Source: Phaeosaccion multiseriatum
Taxonomy: Eukaryota > Protista > Ochrophyta, other classes
Direction of reading: 5' to 3'
DNA length: 64,000 nucleotides
NCBI GenBank assembly: GCA_965112735.1
Contig: OZ218954.1
Location: 620,001-684,000, forward strand
The notes beneath the pieces are model-generated. The model was not told where the DNA came from. It was given only the letters and a program-made list of their open reading frames with translations, and did not search any database. Shown here piece by piece: positions 13,073 through 39,700 of the stretch; within the stretch, counting starts at the first letter, position 1, and every line of letters starts with the position of its first letter. The position numbers and the translations under genes were made by a program.

Positions 13073-14269
13073 GCTGCACTACTACGGATCATGAGATAAA
13101 TGCCGTCCGAAGAGACCACTACAACTACTAAGATACGGACAAATGAGAAGAAATCCGCTCCACCGTCCGTACCACAATTGCTGACATATTTATCATTGTT
13201 GGGTCTCTCTGGACCCAAACACGCGTACTACATGTACCGTCTATACCTGGAATGTGGGCAGGGAGAGCACCTCTGCATCCTCTGCCACGTCCTTGAGCGC
13301 ATCAATGTCCACCTTGACAAACGTTACCGCCCTGGGGATGGCAGTGGACCGGGGTGGATGGATGGCAGTGGATGGCAGTGGTGGGTTGCCGTGAATGAGG
13401 TTGGGTGGAAGGGTGGGTAGGTTGGGGGAGAAGAGAGAATGTAGGGGGCGGGGGGGGGGAGGGAGGAGGAGTAAGTGATTGCGTGCTCACTCAGTTACAG
13501 GCTTCCGAACACAAGCACACGCATATGCACGCACGCACGCACGCGAACGAATGCACGCACGCACACACACACACTTGCGCGGAGAGAGAGAGAGGGAGAA
13601 CAACAGAGATACAAAGAAAGAAACAAACAAGAGAGAGAGAGTAAAAATCAAATGCTCACTCACGCGTATTTGCTGGCCAGGGCGTCAAAAGTCGGGGCCA
13701 TTTTCTGACAAGGCTTACACCACTTCGCCGTAAAGTCAACAATCACCAATGGAGCAGACCTGTTCAGAGAGGTAGGCATTGGACCGACGGACGGACAGAG
13801 GGAGGGAGGGACGGAGGGAGAGAGGGAGAGACGGAGGGAGGGAGAGAGGAGGGAGGGAGGGAGGGGGGAGAGGAAGGGAGGGAGAGGGAGGGACGAGGGA
13901 GGGGAGGGAGGGAGGGAGAAAGGGGAGGAGAAAGTACGTGTTTGTGTGAGAGAGAGAGAAGCAGATAAGTGGTAGAACGGTGGAGATACATGGTAGTGGA
14001 TGGGGAGGATGACGGGGGTGGGATGGATGCTATCCACAAGCACTTGGTGATCATCTGAAACTGGAACAGTCGTACTCCACCCCCCTCTCTCTCTGTCTAG
14101 AGTTTTCTTACCGTAACAGCTTGTCCCAATGCTCGATGCTCACAACCTCAATCACCTCCCCCCCACCCCCCAGCTCCCCCTCCACCGTTTGACCCTCGCA
14201 CCCGCAACAGCCCTCTGCCTTTGTTCGGAGCTGGCCCTTCCGAGATAGAGATATCGAGAGAGAAGGAGG

Positions 14270-14315
<46 letters not shown>

Positions 14316-14710
14316 AAGGGAAATGAGAAGGGGGTTAAAGAGAGATTTAAAAAATGAGAGAGGAGGGGGCATTGGAAGACTGAGGGGATGGCTAGCGGAT
14401 GGACGGTGTGGGAACAGCTTTCTTGACGGGGCAGCTGCGGTAGGAGACAGACACACACACACTCTCAAAGGAAAGGTGTCTATCAGCCCCTCCCTTCGCC
14501 TCCCGTCTCCGCAAATCCCCTCCCCCGCTTCGGCAATCAACCCCCCTTTCCCGAACATTCTCTGACCTTGCCCCCCTTCCACTCGGGAAGCATGCGTTCG
14601 CCGATCGACGTGTTGTTCCGAAGCCAGTCATAGATAGGCTTGATAAACAGGAGTACTAGCGGGAAGAAGGCCTCCACGGGGATACAGCAAGGCCCGATGC
14701 ACACAGGCAT
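12189..14710 (-). CDS. Thioredoxin (WCKPC) with N-terminal Cys-rich hydrophobic leader
   Basis: Six exons: 14710-14567, 14236-14112, 13759-13664, 13331-13247, ~12564-12497, ~12362-12189. They give ...PLVIVDFTAKWCKPCQKMAPTFDALASKYAAVTFVKVDIDALKDVAEDAEVLSLPTFQVWREGERVDADVVVGAREDLLTEVVERHC. Confidence 0.9.
12588..13075. repeat. Intronic (GTGAGGTTAT)n decamer array followed by a long (CTA)n tract
   Basis: Six to seven decamers at 12591-12655; (CTA)n 12727-13075. Confidence 0.9.
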
Positions 14711-15012
14711 TTTTTTCTCTTCTTTGTCCCTGCCTTTCGTCTCTTTCTACAACTTCCCTCTCCGCTCTCTCGGGATATACGTCCTACTTCTCCTGATCTC
14801 TTTATTCGTCCTGGTTCCTTCGTCAGTAGTTAGAGCTGTGGGGGGAAAAAAAGGGAAGTTCTTACCACCCCATCTCACGGGGAAGCCTTGAATTTGACGT
14901 GAGCTCGTCAGCCCGGGTCGGATTGAATCATCATGGGTAGGTGATCCATTGATCGAGCAGCAGAGAGCCAGGAGAGGAGAGAGAGGAGAGAAGAGAGAGG
15001 CAGAGGGACGTG
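14711..15012. promoter_or_regulatory. Probable bidirectional promoter between the thioredoxin and EF-hand genes
   Basis: Divergent start codons only ~300 bp apart (14710 minus, 15013 plus). CT-rich then GA-rich halves. No specific element identified. Confidence 0.5.
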
Positions 15013-28926
<13,914 letters not shown>

Positions 28927-29403
28927 GAGGGAGGGAGGAGAGGGGGGGGTTTGAGTTTCATGTGAAGACCAAAGTATCGATAGCAGTCGAGGAGAGTCGA
29001 GTTGGCATCGTGGGATGCCATCCCTTCCCGAGGGCGAGGTGGGGGTGAGAGGGAGTTTGAGTTTCAGATGTAAGACCTTACAAGTATGACTAAGAGGATG
29101 GTGAGCGGTGGAGCCGTCACTGTCCACTGTCCGTAGTGTAAGCAAGTCTCGCCTCACAGATTTACGTAAGGGAGGAAGAATAGTACGTAAGAGGAGTGCA
29201 AGCAACGCTCGCCTCGTCCTTTTAAGTGTTATTGTCAGGGTTTCCCTCCTCGCGTCCCCGATTTACGTAAATGAGAGATAATACTACGTCCTTCGTGGTA
29301 GTACGTAAGCCAGACTTACGTAATACTTCGTACTTGGTATGCAAGACTTGCTGGCCTGCATTTGCCATCCGTCGCTCCGACGCTGGAGTTGTAGAAGTAG
29401 GCA

Positions 29404-29468
<65 letters not shown>

Positions 29469-30088
29469 AGAGGGCCTTGGCAAGCGAGAACACGAGGGAG
29501 GCCGCTGGTGCTGCTGCCTTGAGAATTCGTCGAAGATTTGAAATAATAATAATAATAAGTAATTCAATTGGTTTAGGTCTAGGGTGTTTAGTCGGTGTAC
29601 GCACCGCTCAGCCACGCTACCCTCTGTCCCTCTCTCTCATATGCACCGCTCAGCCACACTACAAGCTTGTACCTTCTCTCCCTCTCTCCCTCTCTCTCTC
29701 ATGAGCATGTGCGGCCCGCGTATCAAGGGGGGCCCCGCCCTCGCCGTGCCATCCGGTGCCATCCGTGAATAGCGTGTCGGAAACCGCGGTACGTAAGATT
29801 GGGTAACAAGAGGCGCTTTTTGAACCCCATGACCCAAAAGGCGATAGAGGGTCAAGTAGGTATGTAAGAAGCCTCCATGGAACCTCCAAAGGGGAGGGGG
29901 TTGGTCACCTGCACGGGTTGGTGATCTAAAGAGTGGAGACCTTCCACACACACCCCTTGCTTGCCTGCTTGGGCTTGCAGTTGCCCACCCGGCCCGGCCC
30001 CTCCCCTCCCGTCTTTCAGTGCCATGTGTTTGTTTCTATTGAACCAGGTTTGAGGGTGTTGTTGTGCAGTACCATTGGTGTTGGTGGT

Positions 30089-33000
30089 TTACCACTTACT
30101 CACAGCTGGCTTTTCACGGGTGGTGGTGCGGGTGCGGTGATTCACGTAGAAGTCCTCTCCGCTGTGGTATCAAAAGAGAGGGAGGGAGGGAGGGAGGGAA
30201 GGAGGGAGGGAGGAAGGAAGGAAGGAAGGAAGGAAGGAGTGAGTTAGGGATGTCATCAAATGCCAAGCGAAGCGTCAGGGGTCGAGTCATGACTGCATGC
30301 ATTAACCTGCTCTTCTCCTCCCTTTGCTTCCACCTTCCTTCATCCTGCCATCCATTCTCCCTCCTATCCACCCACGCACGCACCGACTATCCACGTCCAC
30401 CCTTTACCCACATACACACACACCCATGCACGCACCCACCCACCCACCCCCCCCCCCACTGTCCTGACACCAACCACCAACTCACGCGTTGTCTTTCTTG
30501 ACCTCGATATGCGCTGGCAGCACGTGGGGGTTAATCACGGGCCTCTCCCACGTGGTCTCCTGAGTAATTTCAGTTTCAGTTTCAGTGTCAGGGTCAGGGT
30601 CAGGGTCAGTTTCAGTTTCAGTGTGTTTAGGACCACATACGTACTGTCGTACAAAGCAGCCCAGCGACTGTCAATCAAGAGGCAGATATCAAACAAACGC
30701 CCGCGCTGTGGATGGACAGCTCAACACTCAAAGGCAGGTTCACACATCCGGGTGTGTGCCACTCACTCACTCACTCACTCACTCACCCCATTCGCTCCCT
30801 CCCCCCCCCTCAAGTCCACCTAAAACTCAAACTCACCTGCGTGACGTGATCCACGTAATATATCTTACCCCCTTCCGTCTCTTTGGTCTCAATGTACGGA
30901 GGCAGCCGCGCCGAGGGTGACGTGATGGACTGAATCGGCTGTCTGCTGCCATCGCCAGATGGTGATGAGAGGCCAGAGGAGGCCCCCGGGGCCACGGGCG
31001 CAGGCATCTCCCACGTGGTTTGGTGGGTTTGGTGGTTGACGAAGTAGGGCCTTCCCTCGGGCGTCAGGCGCTTTTCGATATGGGAGGGGAGGTAAGATTC
31101 TTCCGTGGTCAGCGGCACCTGAGGAAGAGGGGGGGGGACGGGAGGGGGGGGGGGCGGGAGGCGGACAGAAAGAGGAGGAGAGGGTTTTGCACGCAATGAG
31201 AGTTGTCTCGCCCTTCCCACACGCACACACACACACACACACATACACACACGCACACACATACACCCACCCAGCCACACACACACACACGCACGCACGC
31301 ACACACAAGCATACACACACACGCACGCACGCACGCACATACACACACACACACATACACACACATACACATACCCAACCACACACACACGCACGCACAC
31401 ACCTTTGTGCGGCTGCGGGAAGCCATCGCGGCTCCTCCAGGGGGGTTCCAAGAAGACACCTGCATCCGTTTCAGTTTCAGTTGAGTTTGTTAGATAGACC
31501 TCACTCACGAATGCAACGACACGCATCAAAATGAGGATTATGCAATATTTCGATAATATCGAATGCTCTGCTTCCGACTCAGCTCTGGATCTCTTGATTT
31601 GTTCGATACGTACACGTCGACATACCGACAAAGTACCGAGGTCGACATAGAGTATCGAGGTCTTCCACAAAACTGAAACTGAAACTCACTTTTGTGTTGT
31701 GATCGAGGTAGTACGGGGTGCCATCAGGCAGGGTCCGTTTCTCCACATGGGATGGCAGCTGGGAAGTTGGTGATACGGCGGCGGCGGGAGGAGGAGGGGG
31801 GGCGGACGGGCTGGGGGGGGCAGCAGCAGCAGTTGGTTCTTCGGCGGCGTTGGCAACGTCGGGTCTCTCCCACGTGGTTGTCTTTTGGAGGGAGGGGGGA
31901 GGAGGAGGGCGAGGAGGGAGGGAGGGGGAGAAGGAGGAGGGGGAGGAGGAGGAGGAGGAGAGGGGAGGAGGCAAATCAAAGCCAGCAATTGATCACTGGC
32001 GGGTACGAACTTCTCTTCCTCGTTGCTCTGCATGGGCGTTGCGTTAACGAGTTGCGCCGTTAACGAGGGCGCCTGTACCACCAACACAACCCCTCAACCA
32101 CCACCCACAACTGGCGCACCACCACCACAACAACTGGCGTATACAGTTATACCACCAACTGTCGTACCTTTGTGCGATGGTTGAGGTAGTAGACCCTCCC
32201 GTCCTGCGTCCGTTTCTCCTCTATGGAGTCCGGGAGAGCTCCTGCACGTCCACTGCCATCCCCACCCTGCTGCTTCTCTTCGCCCTCCTTCTTCGGGGAA
32301 GGTGCCAACGCCGCAGCACCGGCAGCGAGATGGGCGGCGGAAGAAGAGTAGGCAGAGGAAGAGGGTCGGCGAGGGGGAGAGGGGGAAGGGGAGGGAGAGG
32401 GAGAGGGAGAGGGAGAGGGAGAGGTGCTACCGGGGTACTCCCACTGCGTCTTGCGGAGATTGTGCGATACGTAGTAGATCCTGCAGGGGGGGATGGCAGT
32501 GGATGGCAGTGGATGGCAGTGGATGGCGGTGTGACGGGGTGGGTAGGTGAGTGGGTAGGTGAGTGGGTGGATGTGGGTGGGCGGCTGTGGGCGAATCACT
32601 TGCTGCTACGCCATTCTGACTCTTCCCCTGCGTCATCCATCTCTTGCTGACTCATCGCCCCCTCCTCTTCGGTGATTCCTCATATATATATATATATACA
32701 AATAAGTCCATGAACATTCACTCACCGCCCTCCCGAAGTGATGCGCTGCTCCCATCCCGGGGGCAGGTCCTTTTCTTTCTCCTTCATGGCCTGATTGATT
32801 GATTTTGAATGATTGATTTGTTTCAGTTGTCAATTTCGGTGTCAGGAAGAGGCAAGGTCAACACACATCGATGCCATTACAGTGCAGAGAGTGGATGGTG
32901 AATTGGATGGCAGCAGATGGTTTAACTCGATGGTAGTGGATGGTTAATTGGATTGCAGCACATGCTTAATAAGACGGCAGTGGATGGTGAATTGGAAGGC

Positions 33001-33670
33001 AGTAGACGCTCATTGGATGGCAGTGGATGGTGAACTGGATGGCAGCAGACGGTTTGAGCATTGCAATCGAGGAAAGCTCCCTCTTACCAGGCGACTCGCG
33101 ACGACGCTGGGGTGTTCCCAAGAGGTGGTCATGCCGATGTGGTCAATGTAGTACCTGGTGTCAGCCCAAACCCCCCCCCAAACACACACACACACGCACA
33201 CACATACACACATAACACACACACACACACGCACATACACACACGCACACACACACACGCACACACACACGCACATACACACACGCACACACACACACAC
33301 ACACACACATAACACACACACACACACGCACATACACACACACACACACATAACACACACACACACACGAAAGAGAGATGTCAGTGCAGAGGTGTGTCAG
33401 AAGTCAGCAGAACGTACACACATCTACACAAGGAAGAAAAGGCACACACAGAGAGAAGTGTCCTCACCTTCTGCCGCCTTCAGTGTACTTGGCCTCCCAG
33501 CCGGGTGGGAGGTTCTCCAGCTCCAGCACGGGATTCAAAAAGGCCTCCTGCTGTTGAACAGTGACGACGGGGGGGTCCCACTGCGATCGACGACAGCGAG
33601 AGGGGAGGGAAGGAGGGAGAGAGAGGGAGAGGGAGAGAGAGGGAGAGGGAGGGGAGAGAGAGAGAAGGGG

Positions 33671-33705
<35 letters not shown>

Positions 33706-36700
33706 AGGGAGAGAGAGAAGGAGAAGGAGAGAGGAGAAGGAGAGAGAAGGAGAGAGCGAGGTGAGTATCGACATGAGTCTTTGGAAAGCATTAAGCATAG
33801 AGAATGCCCACCCCACCCACCCCTTCCTCACAGGCAGTTACAGTCACAGTTACACAGACAGTTACAGATCACACTTCTCACAGACACAGTTGGTTGTCGT
33901 TTTCTGGCTCGTTCGTTGATATCTAGCAGCCAGCCTCTCCCCCCCCCACCGCCCGCCCTCCCCTCATCTCCCCTCCCCCCTCCCCCTCACTTGCCTGAGT
34001 CGTCCGCGTCTGGTGGTTGACGTAATACACGCGACCGTCCGCCGTGAAATTCTTCTCCCACCCGTCGGGGAGCTGCCCACCCCCTACTTGGCCAGGTCGG
34101 GCCATGGAGCCGGGACCCGTTGGCGCCCCGACATTGACCTGTTGAGGGTGTTGTTAGTGGGAACAGAACACACACACATACATACACAGAGAGAGAGAGA
34201 GAGACAAGAGGGAGGGAGACAGACAGACAAGAGAGAGAGATAGAGACAGACAAGAGAGAGAGAAATAGAGAGATAGAGACAGACAAGAGAGAGAGACAGA
34301 CAGACAAGAGAGAGAGACAAGAGAGAGATAAAGGGAGACAGCCAAGTGAGAGAGAGATAGAGACAGACAGAGAGGCAGGCAGACAAGAGAGAGAGGGAGA
34401 CAGACAAGAGAGAGAGAAGTGATTCAGAGCGAAGCGAGTGGAAGGGGGTGGCGAGCGTTACAAGAATGCAAATCGAATAGATACATGGAGGAATGACCGA
34501 CTGACAAGAAACATGGGAAAGAGGGGATTGGCAGATGGATGGATGGATAGATAGAAAGACAGATTGGTAGGTAGATGGATAGATAGAAAGATACATGGAT
34601 GGATGGATATATAGATAGATACATGGATGGATGGATGGATAGAAAGATAGATAGATAGATAGGTAGATGGATAGATAGATAGATACATGGATGGATGGAT
34701 GGATGGATAGATCGGTGGGTAGATGAGTAGCCAGCCCCCTGTGATGCTCTTGACACCTTCTAACGTTCCCAACCCCCCGCCCCCTCCCCTCACTCACCGA
34801 GAAGAGGTCTCCCACCCCGCCCCCCAAGTTCGCCAAGCCGCCGAAGCCCGGCAACACCTGCCCCATGTGCACCTTCAAGCGAGCGTTACAAAAGAGCGTC
34901 ACAAAAGAGCGTTACAGACCGGGACAGAAAAAACAAACAAACGGGAAAAACGGGTGGGGTATACAGCATCATTGGAGCAACATGATTTCAGAGTCGCAGC
35001 ATCGGAGCAAGTCCCCCTGTTCACATCATGTGGTACTAAGTCAATAAACAGTTCACACCATTTAGATTTTGTATATATATATACTCCCCCGAGCCCCCTC
35101 CCCCATACGCCTCTGACTGATAACGGGTGGATGAAACAAGCATAGGAGAGCAAGTGAGGAGGCTGTAAAAGGCCGCCCGCCACATTGCCCATACACCTCT
35201 ACCCTACCCTGCCCATATGCCTGCCCCATGTGCCCTCTCACCGTTTGCTGTCCCTGTTGGCTACCAAAGGCCGCCACATTGCCTCCAAGCTGTTGCACAA
35301 AGGCCACGCCCTGAGCGTGTAGTACCTCATGGGGGGCAGGGTAGAACTTCACCTAAGTGAGCACGTTGGTGATACGGAGGAGGAGGAGGAGGAGGAGGAG
35401 GAGGAGGAGAGGAGGAGGAGGAGGAGGAGGAGGAGGAAAGGAGGAGGAGGAGGAGGAGGAGGAGGAGGAGGAGGAGGAGGAGGAGGAGGAGGGGACGCCG
35501 GATCACATCACAGGTTGGGTGGAGGGTGTGCGTCCTGACACCCACCCACTGTTCTGACACGCACCCACCGTCCTGACACCCATCCACCCACTGTCCTGAC
35601 ACCCACCCACCCACTGTCCTGACACCCACCCACCCACTGTCCTGACACCCACCCACCCTCTGTCCTGACACCCACCTACCCACTGTCCTGACACCCACCC
35701 ACCCACTGTCCTGACACCCACCCACCCACTGTCCTGACACCCACCCACCCACTGTCCTGACATCCACCCGCCCACTGTCCTGACACCCACCCACCCACTA
35801 TCCTGACACCCACCCATTGACTTACTACCCACCCACCTTGGCGAAGAGGGCGTCTCTCTGCTTCTTGCTAATGTCTGGGAACTCCTCCTCCGTGCTCAGA
35901 GAAAGGCCGTGGGCACTGAAGTCAGTGAAATCAGTAAGAGCACGTGAGCAGGGATGGTCATTAATGGCACAGAGGAGGAGGGTCAATCAGTCAGCCCAGC
36001 AGTCACGAGTAAAGAAGGGAGTCACAAGTCAACAAACCAATGAAGTCAGTGCAAGTGAGAGAGAGAGCAACACACACACACACTCAAGAGAAAGAGAGCA
36101 GTCGGGGCGGGCCATGGCCAGTAAGTCAACGAGAAGCCAGCAAAACTATGTCAATGAGACGAGACGCGCCTGAAGTGGCCGCCCACTCGGAGTGGCAGGA
36201 AACGAGTGGCGTTGGCGGGAAGGTCTTTCACGTCGAAGGCGAAGAGCGGGTCCGTGAGCTGCGCAGTCTGCATGAGTGGACAGTACGCGTCGATGCCCTG
36301 CGTGTGTGTGTGTGTGGGGGGGGGGGGATAAAAGGAGGGGGAGGGGAGAGAAAGCGGGATCGGAGGAGAAGATTTAAAAAACAAGGTAATCTCCTCCTCC
36401 TCCTCCTCCTCCTCCTCCTCCTCCTCCTCCTCCTCCTCCTCCTCCTCCTCCTCCTCTTCGTCCTCTACCCCCTTCACTCACTCACTCACTCACTCACTCA
36501 CTCACTCACTTACTCACTCACTCACTCAGTCACTCACTCACTCAGTCAGTCACTCACTCACTCACTCACTCACTCACTTACTCACTCACTCACTCACTCA
36601 CTCACCTGAACATCCCGAAAGTCAATGTCCTTGGTCTCTCCATGCCCCCCCCCGGCCTTCTTTCTGCACAAGCGAGAGATGCTCGACCACAGTGCATACA

Positions 36701-39700
36701 GAAATACGAACCCTCCTCCGAACACAAACAGCGCGCCAGCCAGCACCTGACAGCAGTTGGGTGAGTGGGTGTGAGTGTGGGTGTGAGTGGGTGGGTGTAG
36801 GTGGGTGGGTAGGTGGGTGGGTGTGTAGGTGAGTGGGGGTGTGTAGGTGAGTGGGGGTGGGCGGATGTGTGGGTGGATGTGAATGGGCGATAAGAGTGTG
36901 GGTAGGGCATGAGTGTGGATGTGGGTGGGTGGGTTTGGGTGTGGGTGTGGGTGTGAGTGTGTGGGTGGGTGTGGGTGGGTGGGTGTGTGTGTGTGGGTGT
37001 GTGTGTGTAAGAGAGTCGGAGTGGGCGGATGTGTGGGTGGGTGGGTGGGTGTGGGTGCGTGGGGGTGGGTATATGTGATTGGGCGATGAGAGTGTGGGTA
37101 GGGGATGAGTGGGTGAGTGAGTGAGTTAATGAGGCCAAAAGGGAGGGAGGGAGGGAGAGGGCTGAAACTCAAACTCAAACTCAAGTGGCTCAGAGGGTGC
37201 CCATGCCTTCCTCTCCCTCCCTCCCTTCCTCCGTCCCTCCCTCCCTTCTCCTAACCTCGTAGGTGGTAACAAGTGAGCTCTGCGAGTTGGTCCACCGCCC
37301 GTCGTCGCCAGTTGGCGATAAAACCGCCTCTGCCGCACTCAGCGTAGCCCCCTGGGAGCAGTAGAAGAACGAGCAGTCCGCCTGCGTGTGTGTTTGCGTG
37401 TGCGTGCGTGTGTGTGTGTGTAGGGGGGGTGGGTGGGTCGGTGTGTGGGTGACAGTTCGTATGAGGTGGTACCAGGAAGGGATTGAAATTGACTGACAAA
37501 CTGACTGACTGAATGAAGGACTGACTGACTGACTGACTGGGTGACTGACTGACTGAAGGACTGACTGACTGACTGATTCACTATCCACCTAAAACCAATT
37601 GACCACTGCCCTGACTGCCTGACTCACAAATGACAAACACTGACCTTGACTGCTCGGCTCTCGTAGGGCCAATTGGCAAAGAAGACCCGCGTGATGAGGA
37701 GGTGGACCCACACAGAAACAATGAGGTAGAATCTGTTGGTGCCATTTGGGGGGGGGGGGAGGGGGGGATGGAAGGCAGTGGATGGGGTGAGGGAGGAGGG
37801 AGAAGAGAAGACAAGCAAGCGGGGTGAGGGAAGGGGTGGATGGCAGTGGATGGGAGAGGGCCACCCACCTGGACTGCTGCGCCAAGCTCTCGTCAAAGTA
37901 CGGAGCTCTCCTCCACAGGCGGAACAGACTGTATTTGTCCACCCAGTACGTCGTCACCTGGGCATGGCAAGTAGAGGCATATGGGACATCATGTTAGAGG
38001 CATATGGAGGGGAATGTAGAGGCAAATGGTGATCTGGGCATGCCAAGTTGAGGCTTATGGAGCAATGTAGGAGCATACGGGGGGAGGGGGGGTTGGGTAT
38101 GTAGAGGCATATGGGTGTGTGTGGTGACCTGGGCATGCTGGATAGAGGCATATGAGACATTTAAGAGGAATATGGTGACCGGGGCATGCTAGATAGAGGC
38201 ATATGAGACATCATGTTAGAGGTATATGGTGACCTGGGCATGCCAAGTAGAGGCGTACGGGGGCATGTAGGTTGTGTCCACGCGTTGAGCTATATGTTCC
38301 ACAATCTTGCGTTCCACCTTTTGCCATGTCTTGAGCTTGAGTATAACCTAACGAACTCAACCTCAAACTCACCATGGCGGCCGTGGTGACGAAGAGTCCC
38401 GTGGGTACGAGGGCGGAGTAGAAGAGGCCCACAAAGATGGTCTTGACCATGTCTGTGTAACGCTCTGCCAGGTTCCAAATGGCGCCCTGTGAGTGAGTGG
38501 ATGTGGAGTGGGTGAGGATGGGGGTAGTGGGTGTCGAGGGAGGGAGGCAGGAAAGGAGGGAGGGAGGGAGGGAGAGAAGGAGGGAAGGGAGAAGGAGAGG
38601 GAGGGAGTGAGGGGAGAAGGACAGGGAGGGAAGGAGGGACGGAAAGGCGTATGGTCAGGAGCACGCACACACACAGGAGTGACGTACAGTTCGATCGTTT
38701 GTTTGTCTTGTGTTGGTGGCGCAGGGGGGTGCACTCACTCACTCACTCACTGACTCACCCACTCACTTAGTCACTCACACACTGACCACTGCCTCTCCCC
38801 CTTCCTCACTCCCTCACTCACTCACTCCCTGTCCTGACACCCACTCACCTGGAAGAATACGTTCATTTCTGCCTGAGTTTTTGCCTGAGTGAGGCAGAGT
38901 GCCACGAAGTCCACAAGAGACATCAGCAAGCAAAGCAAGCAAAGCACGCGAAGCACATGAAAGACAATTAAAAACCCCACAGCCCAGCAAAGGCAACGGC
39001 AAGGGCAAAGACAAAAAAGCAGGTAAGCCAGGTAGGTACGGCAAGGAGCCGGGCAGTTTCAGCTTGACTTTCAGATTATGGACCTCCCATCCAGTGAGGT
39101 CGAAATGATTGATGAATGCGAGAGAGATGGACCCGTTCACTGCCATCATCCACTCCATCCACCCACTGCCGTCCATCCATCCCGCCTATCTACTGCCATC
39201 CATCATCACCTGCGGGGCGAAGAACTTCCTCATTCCCCAATCGTAAAGGTTGAGCACACGGAGCACAGGGGTGGTGAAGGCATCCGCAATGAGGATGGAC
39301 ATGACCTGAAGAGATGGCAGTGGATGGAAGAAATGGCAATGGATGGAAAGAATGGTAGTGGATGGGAGGGATGGCAATGGATGATAGGTGAGCACACGGA
39401 GCACAGGGGTGGTGAAGGCATCCGCAATGAGGATGGACATGACCTGAAGAGATGGCAGTGGATGGAAGAAATGGCAATGGATGGAAAGAATGGTAGTGGA
39501 TGGGAGGGATGGCAATGGATGATAGGTGAGCACACGGAGCACAGGGGTGGTGAAGGCATCCGCAATGAGGATGGACATGACCTGAAGAGATGGAAGTGGA
39601 TGGCAGTGAACGGGAGGGATGGCAATGGATGGAAAGAATGGCAGTGGATGGTAGGTGAGTACAGGGCAGTGAATTGGTGTGAGAAGGGGCGGATGACAGT

